Positions 10,353-25,351 of a stretch of 64,000 nt of DNA are shown here, piece by piece. The position numbers and the translations under genes were made by a program. Location: assembly GCA_963743525.1 (NCBI GenBank), contig CAVUQH010000024.1:129763-193762 (forward strand), read 5' to 3'. Below the pieces are notes generated by a model, which worked only from the letters and a program-made list of their open reading frames with translations, searched no databases and was not told the origin of the DNA. The stretch comes from an uncultured delta proteobacterium (GTDB lineage Bacteria; Myxococcota_A; Polyangia; Haliangiales; Haliangiaceae). Numbering within the stretch: the stretch's first letter is position 1; every line of letters starts with the position of its first letter.

Positions 10353-12162
10353 CTACGGCATCACGGTATCGACGGTGACGCGATGGTTGACCCAGTCGAA
10401 CTGGATCTCGTAATGGTCGCCGCTCTTGCCGACGGCTTCGAAGCGCGGCGGCGGCTCGGTGGCGATGCCGCCGAGGAAGCGGAACGACTCGAGGATCGGG
10501 CTGGCCGGCACCTCGTCGGTGGGCGCGGTCATCAGGCCGCGCGGGCTGGCGGGCGCGGCGGCGCCGGCCAGATCGAGCAACGCGGGATCCAGGGCGGCAG
10601 CCAGGCGGTCGGCGGGTAGCGTGGTCAGGTCGTCACCCAGTGCATAGGCGGGACCAGCCAGGGCGGCGGCCGCCGCCGACGCGGCGGCTTCGTCGGCGGT
10701 GTACGGCGCGCGCAGCTGGGTCTGGTCCGCGTCGGGCCAGATCGCCGGGAACAGGTAGTAGCGCGCCGCCAGGTTGCGCGCGGCGGCGGCGACCAGCGAC
10801 CAGCTGAGGGTGAAGCCGTCGAACGCCGTGTCGGGGCCGATGCGCAGCGAGTCGGCGATAGCCACCACCGGCAGTGTCGGCGCACCGCAGGCGTTGATGA
10901 TGGCGCCGTCGCCGGCTGCCTGGCGGATCAGTGTCAGGCCGGCGCGCATCGCCTCGATGCCGGTCGTGCTCCGGCTGCGCTGACCGGCGAGCGCCCCGGC
11001 GTAGAGGAAGTCGAGCTTGAAGTAGGTGAAGCCCGCGGCGGCCAGGGCAGTGACGGCATCGGTGACCAGGCTCATCGACTCCGGGTTGGTGCCGTCGAGG
11101 ACGTAGTAGCGCTTCTGGCTGCCCGACAGCTGATGGACGATCGGCTGGCCGCTGGCGTCGCGGACGAACAGCTCCGGCGCCCGCTGCGCGGCTTGCGAGA
11201 TCGACGTTGACCAGGAACGGCGCCATCCACACCCCGGCGACCAGCCCGCGGTCGGTGATGGCGGCGCCGACCGCGTCCATGCCGCCGGGGAACTGGGCGT
11301 TGGCCTGCCAGTCGCCCCACGCCAGCTCCCAGCCGTCGTCAACTTCGACCAGCGGCATGCCGACCGGATCGAGCGACGTAGCCACGGCGTCGACGTGGTC
11401 GGTGATCAGCGTGGCGTCGATATCGGCGAAATGTTCGTTCCACGAGTACCAGCCGCCCGGCGGGCGCTGTGGCGCCACGTCCGGGTGGGCGGCGGCGACC
11501 TGCGCCGACAAGAGATCCATCGCCGACACCGGCGTCGGCGCCGCACCGAGGAAGATCGGCTCGCTGGTGGCGCCGTCACCCAGCGGCTCGCGCGCAGCGT
11601 CGTAGATGACGTTGACATCGACGAGATCGTCGTCGCGACGGTGCGCGGCGAAACCGGTGACCGCGTGCTTGGCCGAAACCGCGCCGGCGACGAGCACCGG
11701 ATCGGTGTCGCCGTCGCGCCACAGCGCCGCGTGATACGACACGCCGATGGTCTCGTCGATCGGATCGCCGCTGGCGGCCGCGAGCATCGCCGGAGCGCCG
11801 TCGTCGGCGATGTCGAGGACCCGCGGAAGCTCCACCGTGCCGGAGAAACCCCACGACTGGTAGCCCTGCTGGTGCATCGCCGTGGCCGACAGCCCCGGCA
11901 GCCGCAGGCGCAAGCCGCTCGACGTCCCCGGTGCGGTCATCGTCACCAGCACGCCGCCGTCGACCTCGGTCAGCGACAGCTCGGCGTCAACCCAGCCGCC
12001 CTCGTAACTCTCGGCGCGCACGTCCTCGAGACAGAAGCCGTCGAGGGCGATGCGCCAGCTGCCGTCGGCCCGCTGGCCGGTCGCGCACGTCCCGCCGCCA
12101 CCGCCGCAGCCGGCAGCCAGCCACGACACGACGCAGATCACAGCCAGGCTCGAGCGACGCAT
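10353..12162 (-). pseudogene. Alpha-galactosidase (melibiase, GH27/GH36-like) lipoprotein, interrupted by a 1-bp frameshift near 11180-11200
   Basis: ORF 10633..12201 N-terminal 335 aa carry alpha-galactosidase motifs (GGWYSWNEHF, VEVDDGWELAWGDW, GLVAGVWMAPFLVNVDLA). ORF 10353..11342 in another frame continues with ELFVRDASGQP...FTYFKLDFLYAGA (KLD catalytic region). Lipoprotein signal MRRSSLAVICVVSWLAAGC. Confidence 0.75.
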
Positions 12163-13050
12163 GGACGCCAGTATGCCCGATTCGCCCCGGGGCGCGGGCA
12201 CCCCGGTCGCGACCTCCCCGGAAAGCGATCCGGGGCATCGGCGCCCCGGCGGCCCCCGCGATTCCGCGCCTCTCCGCCGGCACGGCGCTCGCTCTATGGC
12301 CGGGCATGAAGCTCTTCTCCACCGCCTGCACCCACATCGGACGACGCGACAACAACGAGGACGCCCTCGCCTGCGAGCCCGAGCTCGGCCTGTTCGCCGT
12401 GGCCGACGGCATGGGCGGCTACGAGGGCGGCGAGGTCGCCAGCCGCCTGGCCGTCTCCGCGCTGACCGACTTCATCGGCCGCAACGCCGCCGACGACGAC
12501 GTCACCTGGCCGTACGCCATCGACCCCGCGCTGACGTTCGACGAGAACATGGCGCGCATCGCCGCGCGCATCGCCGACGATCAGATCGCGGCCCGGCGGG
12601 TCGGCGACCTGCGACAGATGGGCGCGACCCTGGCGATGATGCTGACCCGCGGCGAGCAAGCGGTCATCGCTCACGTCGGCGACAGCCGCATCTACCGGCT
12701 GCGCGGCGGCCGGCTCGAGCAGCTGACCCGCGACCACTCCGCGTACGAAGAGCTGCTGGCCGCCGGCGCCGACCTGCCGCCGCGCGACGAGTTTCCTCAC
12801 TCCAACATGATCACCCGCGCGCTGGGCATCGGCGGCCAGGCCGAGGTCACGACCCTGTCGCTGCGTCCAGGCGACCGCTATCTCTTGTGCACCGACGGCC
12901 TGACCGACGCGGTGCCGGACGAGGTCATCGCCCAGCGGCTGGTTGCCGGCGGCGCCAACGACGCGACCTGTCGCGCGCTGGTCGACGAGGCCTATCGCCG
13001 CGGCGGCCGCGACAACATCACCGCGGTGCTGGTCAACGTCGCCGCCGAGG

Positions 13051-14385
<1,335 letters not shown>

Positions 14386-14390
14386 CGGTG

Positions 14391-15299
14391 ATGCGCGTGG
14401 AACGCCTGGGACGCTACAAGATCGTGCGCCTGCTCGGCGAAGGTGGGATGGCACGAGTCTATCTGGCGCGCGCGTTCGGCGCGAGCGGCTTCGAGGCGCT
14501 GGTCGCGCTCAAGCTGCTGCGCCCCGAGCTGCGCGGTGCCGGCGAGCCGCAGCGGCTGCTGATCGAGGAGGCGCGCCTGGGCGCCCGCCTGCGCCACCGC
14601 AACCTGGTGGCCGTCCACGATCTGGCCGTCGACGACGGCGCCTACTACGCGGTCATGGAGTACGTCGACGGCGCCGACCTGGCGTCGCTGCTGCGCGCCG
14701 CACCGATCCCGCTCGAGCTGGCGCTGCTGTGCGTCGAGGAGGTGGCGCTGGCGCTCGAGCACGTCCACGCGGCGACCGACGAGCGCGGCCGCCCGCTCGG
14801 CCTGGTCCACCGCGACGTCAGCCCGGCCAACATCCTGGTGTCGCGCGCGGGCGAGGTGAAGCTGGCCGACTTCGGCATCGCCAAGGCGACTGCGCTGGCC
14901 GACCAGACGCTGACCAACGTGCGCAAGGGCAAATACGCGTACATGTCACCGGAGCAGGTCGCGGCCGATCGGCTCGACGCCAGCAGCGATCAGTTCGGCC
15001 TGGGCGTGACCCTGGTCGAGCTGATCTGCGGCCGCCGCCCGTTCGACGGTGCCTCGGTGATCGACACCATGGACAACATCAAGGCGGCCGCGCCGCCGCC
15101 GTGGCTGACCGAGCTGCCCGGCGACCTGGAGGCGATCGCCCGGCGCTGCCTGGCCCGCGACCCGGCCGCGCGCTTCCCTTCGGCCGCAGCGCTCCGCCGC
15201 GCGCTGTCGGACGCCCGGCGCACGCGGACGCCGGTATCGGCCCCGGATCTGGGCGCCTGGCTGCGCGGGGTTGCCTCCGGCGCCGCCGCCGGCGTATGA
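14391..15299 (+). CDS. Hanks-type Ser/Thr protein kinase (soluble, about 300 aa)
   Basis: [18 protein letters not shown] (Gly loop). [21 protein letters not shown]. Start 14391 (alternative 14367). Confidence 0.9.
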   Translation: MRVERLGRYKIVRLLGEGGMARVYLARAFGASGFEALVALKLLRPELRGAGEPQRLLIEEARLGARLRHRNLVAVHDLAVDDGAYYAVMEYVDGADLASLLRAAPIPLELALLCVEEVALALEHVHAATDERGRPLGLVHRDVSPANILVSRAGEVKLADFGIAKATALADQTLTNVRKGKYAYMSPEQVAADRLDASSDQFGLGVTLVELICGRRPFDGASVIDTMDNIKAAAPPPWLTELPGDLEAIARRCLARDPAARFPSAAALRRALSDARRTRTPVSAPDLGAWLRGVASGAAAGV

Positions 15300-15306
15300 A
15301 CCGGCG

Positions 15307-15959
15307 ATGTCCGAGCAGACGACCCGCGTTCGCGATGTGTTCGACGACTGGGCCCGCCGCGGCCGCGCCGAGGGGATGGAGCGAGGCCACGGCCCGACCG
15401 CCCGCCAGGGGTTCGACCGGCTCGAGGTCGGCGCCGGCACCCGCTACCTGGATATCGGCTGCGGCAACGGCTACACCGTCCGCTGGGCGGCGGCCGCGGG
15501 CGCCCGCGCCACCGGGCTGGACGTGTCGGCGGAGATGATCACCCGCGCGCGCGACGGCGGCGGCGTCGGCTGGGCGGTGTCGACTTCGTCTGCGACGCCT
15601 TCCCGTCGTCGCAGCTGCCCGACGACACGTTCGACGCCGTCTTCTCGATGGAGGTCTTCTACTACCTCGACGATCTGGCCGCCGGGCTGGCGGCGGTGAC
15701 GTCGCTGCTCCGCCCCGGCGGACGCTTCGCCTGCGTGGTCGACTTCTACGGCGAGAACGAGGCCAGCCACAGCTGGCCGGAAGAGATGAACCTGCCCTTG
15801 CAGCTCCTGTCGGAGGCCGACTGGCGCGCGGCCATGGAAGGTGCCGGGCTGCGGGTCGTCGATCAGGCGCGGCTGCGCGCCCCGCTCGCGGCCGGCGAGA
15901 CGCCGACGTGGAAGCACCGCGAGGGCAGCTTGCTGACCCTGTCCACGCGCGACGCCTGA
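15307..15959 (+). pseudogene. Class I SAM-dependent methyltransferase, interrupted by a 1-bp frameshift near 15565-15580
   Basis: ORF 15271 frame gives the SAM-binding motif YLDIGCGNGYTV...GLDVSAEMI. ORF 15648 frame gives the C-terminal part FPSSQLPDDTFDAVFSMEVFYYLDD...LLRPGGRF. Inserting one base in ggcggcgtcggctgggcggtgtcgac restores continuity. Confidence 0.7.
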
Positions 15960-15980
15960 TTCGGCTACCCTCGGCCGTCG

Positions 15981-17234
<1,254 letters not shown>

Positions 17235-17237
17235 AGG

Positions 17238-20200
17238 TCACGCGAGCGCCGCCCGCAACCGGGCCAGACTGTCGTCCATGAGCCGGGCGTCGGCCGCTTC
17301 GATGTGACTCGCCAGCGTGTCGGTGTGGCGGCGAGCGGTTTCGCGATCGCCGGCCGCGACCATCGCCTGGGCAGCGCTGCGGTAGAACAGCAGGTGGTTG
17401 AACCGGGCCGAGCCGGCGGCCAGGAGCGCCTGTCCTTCGGCCAGCGCCGCGTCCCGCTCGTCGGCGTCGGCAGTCGCCTGCGCGAGCACGCCCAGCGCCC
17501 ACGGACCGCAGTATCCCATGCCGACCTCGCGCCCCAGCGCCACAGCGGCGCGCGCGCGCTCGACCGCGTCGATCCCGAGCTGCAGCTCGACGCCAGCGAG
17601 CTGGGTCATGAACTCGTACTCGAACCGCGGCATGTCCAGCTCGCGGACGAGCCCCAGCACGAAGGTGATCTGCTCGCGAGCTCCCTCCGGGTCGCCCGCA
17701 TACTCGAGCACGAACGCATGGGTGTGGCGGCCGAACATCTCGCCAAAGCGGTTGCGCATTTCGACCGATTCGGCGACCACCCGTTCCACTTCGTACGCGG
17801 CTTCGGCCTGTTCGCCCAGCCACATCAGCGTGTGCGCGAGCATCAGTCGGTTGGGCACGGCCAGCCGAGCCAGACCATAGGTCTCGCACAGCTCCACGCA
17901 CCGCTCGAAGTGGGAACGCGAGCGGGCGATGCTGCCGGCGCCCCACTCGAAATCTCCGAGCGCGCTGTGGGCGCGCACCAGCAACTCGGGCGCGCCCAGC
18001 CGCTCGGCGATCCCCAGCGCCGCGCGGGCTTCCTCGCCGGACTCGTCGAGACGCGCCATCGAGAACAGCACCGAGGCGCGCTGGTAGCTAATCTCGGCCC
18101 GCTCGCGATCGCCGCCGCCGAGCCCGGCAGCCTGCTCGAGCAGTGCCAGCGCCTCGTCGTAGCGGGACACCGCGCGGTGCGCGGCGGCGCCACCGATCAG
18201 CGCACGACAGCGCGCGAGCTCATCGGGCGCGGCCTCGGCGGCGGTCGCATACGCAGCTATTGCCGCGCGCGCGTCGTCGATCTCGCGCAGCAGGGCGCCG
18301 CGAGTCATCTCCGCTTCGTAGCGCTCGTCGCCCGACGACAGGGCACACGCGCGCTCCGCCAGCTCGCGCGCGCTCTCGTAGTGCATGACCGCGGTGCTGG
18401 CGGCAACGGCATCCAGATAGGCCCGCGCCGCCCCCGGCGCCCCGGCCTGGTCCAGGTGATGAGCGCGCAGCGCGATGTCGCCACCGCCCAACCGCTCGGC
18501 CGCGTCGGCGTGAATCTCGCGCCGCCGCGCTCGCGTCAGCGACGCGTAGACACCGTCGCGGATGAGGGCGTGACGAAACGCCATCTGATCGCCCTGTCGC
18601 CGCAGGAGCCCGCGGCGCAGCGGCTCCTCGCAGTCGTAGTCGCCGCCGAGCAGCGCGCGCAAGGTCGCGCCGTCGAAGCGCTGGCCCAACACCGAGGCGA
18701 CCTGCAGTGCCGAGCGGTCGCGCGGAGACAACCGGTCGAGCCGGGCCAGGATCAGGCTCTGCACGCTGGCCGGCACCTCGCCGGTATTGGCGGTCTCGGC
18801 CGAGGCCGCCACCAGCTCTTCGAGGAACAGCGGATTGCCGCCGGCGCGCTGAGCCGCGGCGCGGGCGACGTCGGCGCTGGCGCCCAGCCCGGCGGCCAGT
18901 GCGCTGGCCGCGTCGGCCGGCAGCGGCGCCAGATCGATCACGTTGACGGCGGCCCCGGACACCCCGTCCCACGGCGCGCTCGACTCGTCGTCCTCGGGGC
19001 GGGTGGTCACCACGACGACGACGGGAGCCTGCGCTGTCGCCCGCGCCAAGCCCGCGATCAGCGCCCGCTCTTCCGGGTTCGCCCAGTGGGCATCCTCGAC
19101 CACCAGCAGCCGCGCGACCTCGCGCGACGCCGTGCTCACCGCGGACGCGGCCGCGGCCTGCCGGGCCATGCGGCGGGCGGCGTTGTCCTGCGCCTGGTAG
19201 CGCTGCTGCAGCGCCTCGGGAATCTCCTCGCCGAGGATGTCGCGCAGCGCCGCCTGATCGGTGGGGCTCACGGTGGTTGCGGCGGCATCCGTGCCGACGA
19301 CGTCGCGGACGAGACCACCGATCGCGCTGCCGGTGTGACCAAAATCGACGAAGCCGGCGCGGTGACAGGCGAACCCGATCGCGCGCGCGATCTCCTCGCC
19401 CTCTAGCGCCAGGCGCGACTTGCCGATGCCGGCCTCGCCGCGCAGCACGACCACACCGCCGCGGCCGCGCTCGATGCAGGCGTCGAGGCGCGCGCGCAGC
19501 CGGGCCAGCTCGTCGGCGCGCCCGACCATCGGCCGCTGCGCCGTCGACCGCCCGGCGCGAAGCCCGCACACACGCCACGCCCGGACCGGCTGGTCGATCC
19601 CCTTGAGCGCGAGCCCGTCGACCAGCTCGGCGTTGACCAGCTCGCCGACGACGTGATGGACGGTGTCATCGATCAGCGTCTCTCCGGCGCCGGCACGCCC
19701 CTGCAGCCGCGCAGCCAGGTTGACGGAGCTGCCGATCACCGTGTACTCGCGGTGGTGCGCGCTGCCCAGACCGCTGGCCATCACCTGGCCGGCGGCGATG
19801 CCGACGTGCAGCCGCAGCTCGAGCGACACCTCGGCGCCCAGTGCAGCCATGCCCTCGTGGACGGCCGCTGCCGCGCGAACCGCCCGCTCGGCGTCGTTGC
19901 CGTGGGCGACCGGCGCACCGAACAGCGCCATGACGTTGTCGCCGATGTGCTTGTCGATGGTGCCGCCGTGACTCGCGACGATGCCATCGACCACCTCGAA
20001 GAAGCGCACCAGCAGGCGGTGCACGTCCTCCGGATCGAGCCGCGCCGACAGCCGGGTGTAGTCGGCCAGGTCGGCGAACAACACCACGACCTGGCGGAGC
20101 TCCCCTTCGGCCGGGCCGCGCAGGCCAGCGCCACAGCCGCCACAGAAGCGCTCGTCCGCCTCATTGACGAAGCCGCAGAGCACGCAGCTCGACGCCAGTG

Positions 20201-20267
20201 GTGCCCCACACTGGCCGCAAAACCGCCGACCCTCCCGGTTCGTGGCCCGGCACCCGCCACAGTCCAT
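17238..20267 (-). CDS. Multidomain signalling protein: double zinc-ribbon, adenylate/guanylate cyclase catalytic domain, AAA/NACHT-like ATPase, TPR repeats
   Basis: CGGCRATNREGRRFCGQCGAPL...CVLCGFVNEADERFCGGCG zinc ribbons. Class III cyclase motifs VVVLFADLADYTRLS...HGGTIDKHIGDNVMALFG. P-loop GEAGIGKS. C-terminal TPR-like helices. ATG at 20267; the 73 upstream codons of the track ORF are likely not coding. Confidence 0.85.
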   Translation of the reverse strand: MDCGGCRATNREGRRFCGQCGAPLASSCVLCGFVNEADERFCGGCGAGLRGPAEGELRQVVVLFADLADYTRLSARLDPEDVHRLLVRFFEVVDGIVASHGGTIDKHIGDNVMALFGAPVAHGNDAERAVRAAAAVHEGMAALGAEVSLELRLHVGIAAGQVMASGLGSAHHREYTVIGSSVNLAARLQGRAGAGETLIDDTVHHVVGELVNAELVDGLALKGIDQPVRAWRVCGLRAGRSTAQRPMVGRADELARLRARLDACIERGRGGVVVLRGEAGIGKSRLALEGEEIARAIGFACHRAGFVDFGHTGSAIGGLVRDVVGTDAAATTVSPTDQAALRDILGEEIPEALQQRYQAQDNAARRMARQAAAASAVSTASREVARLLVVEDAHWANPEERALIAGLARATAQAPVVVVVTTRPEDDESSAPWDGVSGAAVNVIDLAPLPADAASALAAGLGASADVARAAAQRAGGNPLFLEELVAASAETANTGEVPASVQSLILARLDRLSPRDRSALQVASVLGQRFDGATLRALLGGDYDCEEPLRRGLLRRQGDQMAFRHALIRDGVYASLTRARRREIHADAAERLGGGDIALRAHHLDQAGAPGAARAYLDAVAASTAVMHYESARELAERACALSSGDERYEAEMTRGALLREIDDARAAIAAYATAAEAAPDELARCRALIGGAAAHRAVSRYDEALALLEQAAGLGGGDRERAEISYQRASVLFSMARLDESGEEARAALGIAERLGAPELLVRAHSALGDFEWGAGSIARSRSHFERCVELCETYGLARLAVPNRLMLAHTLMWLGEQAEAAYEVERVVAESVEMRNRFGEMFGRHTHAFVLEYAGDPEGAREQITFVLGLVRELDMPRFEYEFMTQLAGVELQLGIDAVERARAAVALGREVGMGYCGPWALGVLAQATADADERDAALAEGQALLAAGSARFNHLLFYRSAAQAMVAAGDRETARRHTDTLASHIEAADARLMDDSLARLRAALA

Positions 20268-20415
20268 CCAGCCCCAGTATACCCGGCACTGGCGCTGTCT
20301 TTGCAAAGGCTCAGGGTATGCGCGCAACCTGCCGTTCCGCCGCGTCGATCCCGAAGGATTTGCGCCGGCGTGCAACTGCCTTCCCCCACCGTGCGCGAGA
20401 AAGGCCGCGGCGGCG

Positions 20416-21737
<1,322 letters not shown>

Positions 21738-21741
<4 letters not shown>

Positions 21742-22394
21742 TGCCGGCGCCGGCGTCCGATGGCGACCAGCGCGATGCCCAGCAACACCGCGGCACTGCC
21801 GCCGCCGTGTCCGCCCGCAGCACAGCCGCCGACGCCAGTCGCCGCACCGCCGCCGATGCCGGCGTCGTCGCCGCCACCAGTCGCGCCGGCGTCGACATCA
21901 CCGCCGGTCGCGCCGGCGTCGGGCAACGGCACACCGGCGTCGGGAATCTCCGAGGCATCGACGAGATCGACGTCGGCGCACGAGAAGTACGGCGAGTACG
22001 GCGCCGCGGTGCCCATGAACTGGATGATCTGCAGCGCGCAGCCCTGACACTTCTGGTCGGGCACGGTCACGTCGGCGCGGTACTCACACGGCGGCGAGGT
22101 GCACACCTGATCGGGGATGTTGTCGAGGAGGACGTTCTCCTCGAAGCCCTGGTCACCGGGCGGCGACCAGGCGATGCGGAAGTAGCCCGGATGATCGATG
22201 GTCTCGTTCCACACCACGGTGATGGTCGAGCCAACCGCGATCAGGTTCGGGGTGCCGGGCGGGACGCCACCACACGGGCCGGACTTGAGACCGTCGCTGG
22301 GGCTGCGCGGGGCCGGATAGGTCAAGCGCGTGTGCGCCCAGGCCGACGAGCCAAGGAGACAGGACAGAGCGATGGCGACACCCGCGCGAAGCAT
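21738..22394 (-). CDS. Secreted protein with N-terminal His immediately after the signal peptide (LPMO-like/histidine-brace candidate) and C-terminal MYXO-CTERM-type tail
   Basis: Signal MLRAGVAIALSCLLGSSAWA, then HTRLTYPAPR...GPCGG...IDHPGYFRIAWSPPG. Gly/Asp-rich linker. C-terminus GVGGCAAGGHGGGSAAVLLGIALVAIGRRRRH. Function tentative. Confidence 0.7.
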
Positions 22395-22502
22395 GGGGAA
22401 CCGTAGTGCGACCTTGAGGCCAACTTTGGCCCATGCGATTTCGGCGAGTTGCGCATGCTTCGCTGGGAGCCTGCCCCCCGCCTGTGGTCGCTCGGCCCCG
22501 CT

Positions 22503-23390
22503 TCAGTCGCGGCGCGCGCGATCGACGCGACGGTGGGCACTGGCCAGCACCCACCGGTACGCCGGATATCGCGAGGCGATTTCGCCCAGCGCCTCGAGCG
22601 CGGCCTCGGCGCGCTCGGAACGAGACACCGCCAGCCGCTCGGCCAGGCCGCCCAGGGCCAGCGTCGCGAAGTAGAGCCCGCGTTCGGAGGTCGCCGGCGA
22701 GCGCAGCGACGCGACCACGGCATCGAACGCCTCGCCGGCCAACTGCAAGTCGACGGTTGGTGCCCGCGCCACCTCTGCGGCGCCGCGCAACAACACGATC
22801 GACAGCAGCTCGGCCTCGTCGGGATGCTCGTCGGCGTAATCGCGGAGCTGCTCGAACGAGATCGATGCCAGCTCGAACGACTCGCCGTCGAGCGACTGCT
22901 CGAGCTTGCCCAGCTCGTCCGACGCGACGACCGCGGTCGGGTAGCGGCGGCGAAAACGCAGCAGCGCCAGCGCCGCGCTGGCGACGACGACTCCTCCGCC
23001 GGCCGCCAGCCCCAGGAGGAACAGCTGCACCACCCGCCCCAGCTGCAGGAACAGCGGACCGATCAGCGCCAGCGTCAGCCCGCCGCCGCCCAGCACCAGC
23101 GGCAACAGCACCGGCCAGCTGGGAGATTGCGCCGGAACGTGGGCGCGAATCAACGCCCGCGCCGCGCTGGTGTTGCCGAACTCGAGCTGCCGGCGGATAC
23201 GCGCGGCCAACACGTCGGCCCCGGGCGAACCCGACAGCCGGGCGTCGGCGAGCCGGCGCATTACCGCGTTGACGCAACCGTCGATCTCTTGCTCCGTGGC
23301 CACCGGCGACGACGCGGCCACCGCCTCGAGCAGCCCGTCGCACTCGCGCAGCAGCGGTCGCTGATCGATGAGCAACAGCCGGCGCAACAC
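22503..23390 (-). CDS. Hypothetical membrane protein, 3-4 TM helices
   Basis: Hydrophobic helices (WPVLLPLVLGGGGLTLALIGPLFL; LFLLGLAAGGGVVVASAALALL). Start 4 bp downstream of the upstream enoyl-CoA hydratase stop (operon-like). No known domain. Confidence 0.6.
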   Translation of the reverse strand: MLRRLLLIDQRPLLRECDGLLEAVAASSPVATEQEIDGCVNAVMRRLADARLSGSPGADVLAARIRRQLEFGNTSAARALIRAHVPAQSPSWPVLLPLVLGGGGLTLALIGPLFLQLGRVVQLFLLGLAAGGGVVVASAALALLRFRRRYPTAVVASDELGKLEQSLDGESFELASISFEQLRDYADEHPDEAELLSIVLLRGAAEVARAPTVDLQLAGEAFDAVVASLRSPATSERGLYFATLALGGLAERLAVSRSERAEAALEALGEIASRYPAYRWVLASAHRRVDRARRD

Positions 23391-23392
23391 CG

Positions 23393-24139
<747 letters not shown>

Positions 24140-24181
24140 ATCGCTAGCTTACTCGATGCGCCCCGGCTCGGGTCGCCGAGA

Positions 24182-24391
24182 CTACTCGGCGTCGAGCTCG
24201 TCGGCCCAGGGCACCGGCTGCGGGCCGGGCACGATTCCCGCGATATCGGGATCGACACCGGGAGGGGCGTCGGGGACCGTGCTGTCCTTCTCGGACTTGC
24301 GCATCGCGCGGCGCTTGGCCTTTTCCTTGCGCTTTTGCTGTTTCTGCAGCTCGCGCTGCCGCTTTGCGAATGTTGCTGGGTTTCTTGCCAC
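24182..24391 (-). CDS. Small basic hypothetical protein (about 70 aa, Lys/Arg-rich)
   Basis: GTG start at 24391 with aggaa RBS 9 nt upstream. KRQRELQKQQKRKEKAKRRAMRKSEK. Weak support. Confidence 0.45.
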   Translation of the reverse strand: MARNPATFAKRQRELQKQQKRKEKAKRRAMRKSEKDSTVPDAPPGVDPDIAGIVPGPQPVPWADELDAE

Positions 24392-24562
24392 TAGTGAATT
24401 CCTCGTTGGTTGCGTGTGATGTTCAAAGCTTCCTTTCTCCCGCGGGAGCGGGCGTCCCGGACGTGGGCACACCGTAGCACGTGAGGCCGACTCTCGCCCA
24501 ACCGCGCGAGCGTCTCCAGGCAATTGTGGGAGAGATCGGCAATTCGGCCCTGGATGCCCGAA

Positions 24563-25351
24563 TCACGGCGTTGCGCCGCCAAATCCGACGGCGCAATGGT
24601 ACGCGCCGCTACCTTCGGGCCAGACCGTCTGGCGGACGGCGTGGGCCACGCACGCGATCGCCGCGGCATCGGTCACGCCGGTGACCTGGACCTTGCTGAC
24701 CAACCCGGCGCCGTCGAAATCGATCCGGATTTGCGCGACGCCCGACGGCTGCGCGGTCTGGGCGCCGAAGCAGACACCGAGATCGAGCGGCGCGAGCGGG
24801 TTGTCCACCGTTCTTGCCGCCGGCGGCTCGGGCGCCGGGCCAGCGTCGCCGGCCGGCGGCGCAGCAGGCGCCACCGGCGGCCGCAGGACGAGCTCGATGT
24901 GCAGCGTCGGCGCCACGGCCTTGTCCGCCGGCGCGAACGCCATCTGCATGCGCATCCGCCTGGCCACGCAGGCATCGACAGCGGCATCGATCCCGCGCGC
25001 GTCGAGCCTGGCGATGTCGCCGTTGGCGTCGAGCCTGGCGTCGATGGTGAGCGTGCCGCCAAGAGTGGGGCTGGTCGCCAACTCGGCCTCGTAGCAGCCC
25101 TTGAGCGCGCCCGCCTGCTCGCGGAAGAAGCGGCGCACGGTCTCCAGGTCGAGCCCGCTGACCTTCGGCTCGCCCAGCTCGATGCTGGCCCGCGATCCCG
25201 GCCCGCCCGGCACCACGGCCGGCGGCGGATCCACCGTGCAGCGGCCCAGCGCCACCGGCACCGGCCGCGGCGGCGCCGCCTTCTTCTCCTCGTGTGCCTT
25301 CTTGCACCCGGCCAGCGCGAGCAGGGCGCCGAGCGCGATTCCCGCGCGCAT
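24563..25351 (-). CDS. Lipoprotein with AgmX/PglI-type (TonB-C-like) C-terminal domain
   Basis: Internal ATG at 25351 gives lipoprotein signal MRAGIALGALLALAGC. ATGA overlap with the upstream M3 peptidase stop. Ala/Pro-rich linker, then C-terminal GCYEAELA...IDARLDANGDIARLD domain. Confidence 0.65.
   Translation of the reverse strand: MRAGIALGALLALAGCKKAHEEKKAAPPRPVPVALGRCTVDPPPAVVPGGPGSRASIELGEPKVSGLDLETVRRFFREQAGALKGCYEAELATSPTLGGTLTIDARLDANGDIARLDARGIDAAVDACVARRMRMQMAFAPADKAVAPTLHIELVLRPPVAPAAPPAGDAGPAPEPPAARTVDNPLAPLDLGVCFGAQTAQPSGVAQIRIDFDGAGLVSKVQVTGVTDAAAIACVAHAVRQTVWPEGSGAYHCAVGFGGATP

Noticed and set aside
17304-19406. 700-aa plus-strand ORF antisense to the cyclase-ATPase-TPR gene
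   Set aside because: Low-complexity antisense translation. The minus strand has P-loop and cyclase motifs.
24385-24400. ACTAGTGAATTC (SpeI+EcoRI, identical to a pGEM-T Easy polylinker 12-mer), plus GGATCCCCCGGG (BamHI+SmaI) at about 52785
   Set aside because: Isolated 12-mers embedded in native-looking coding/RBS context 28 kb apart, with no flanking vector sequence. Most likely chance occurrences rather than cloning-vector contamination.
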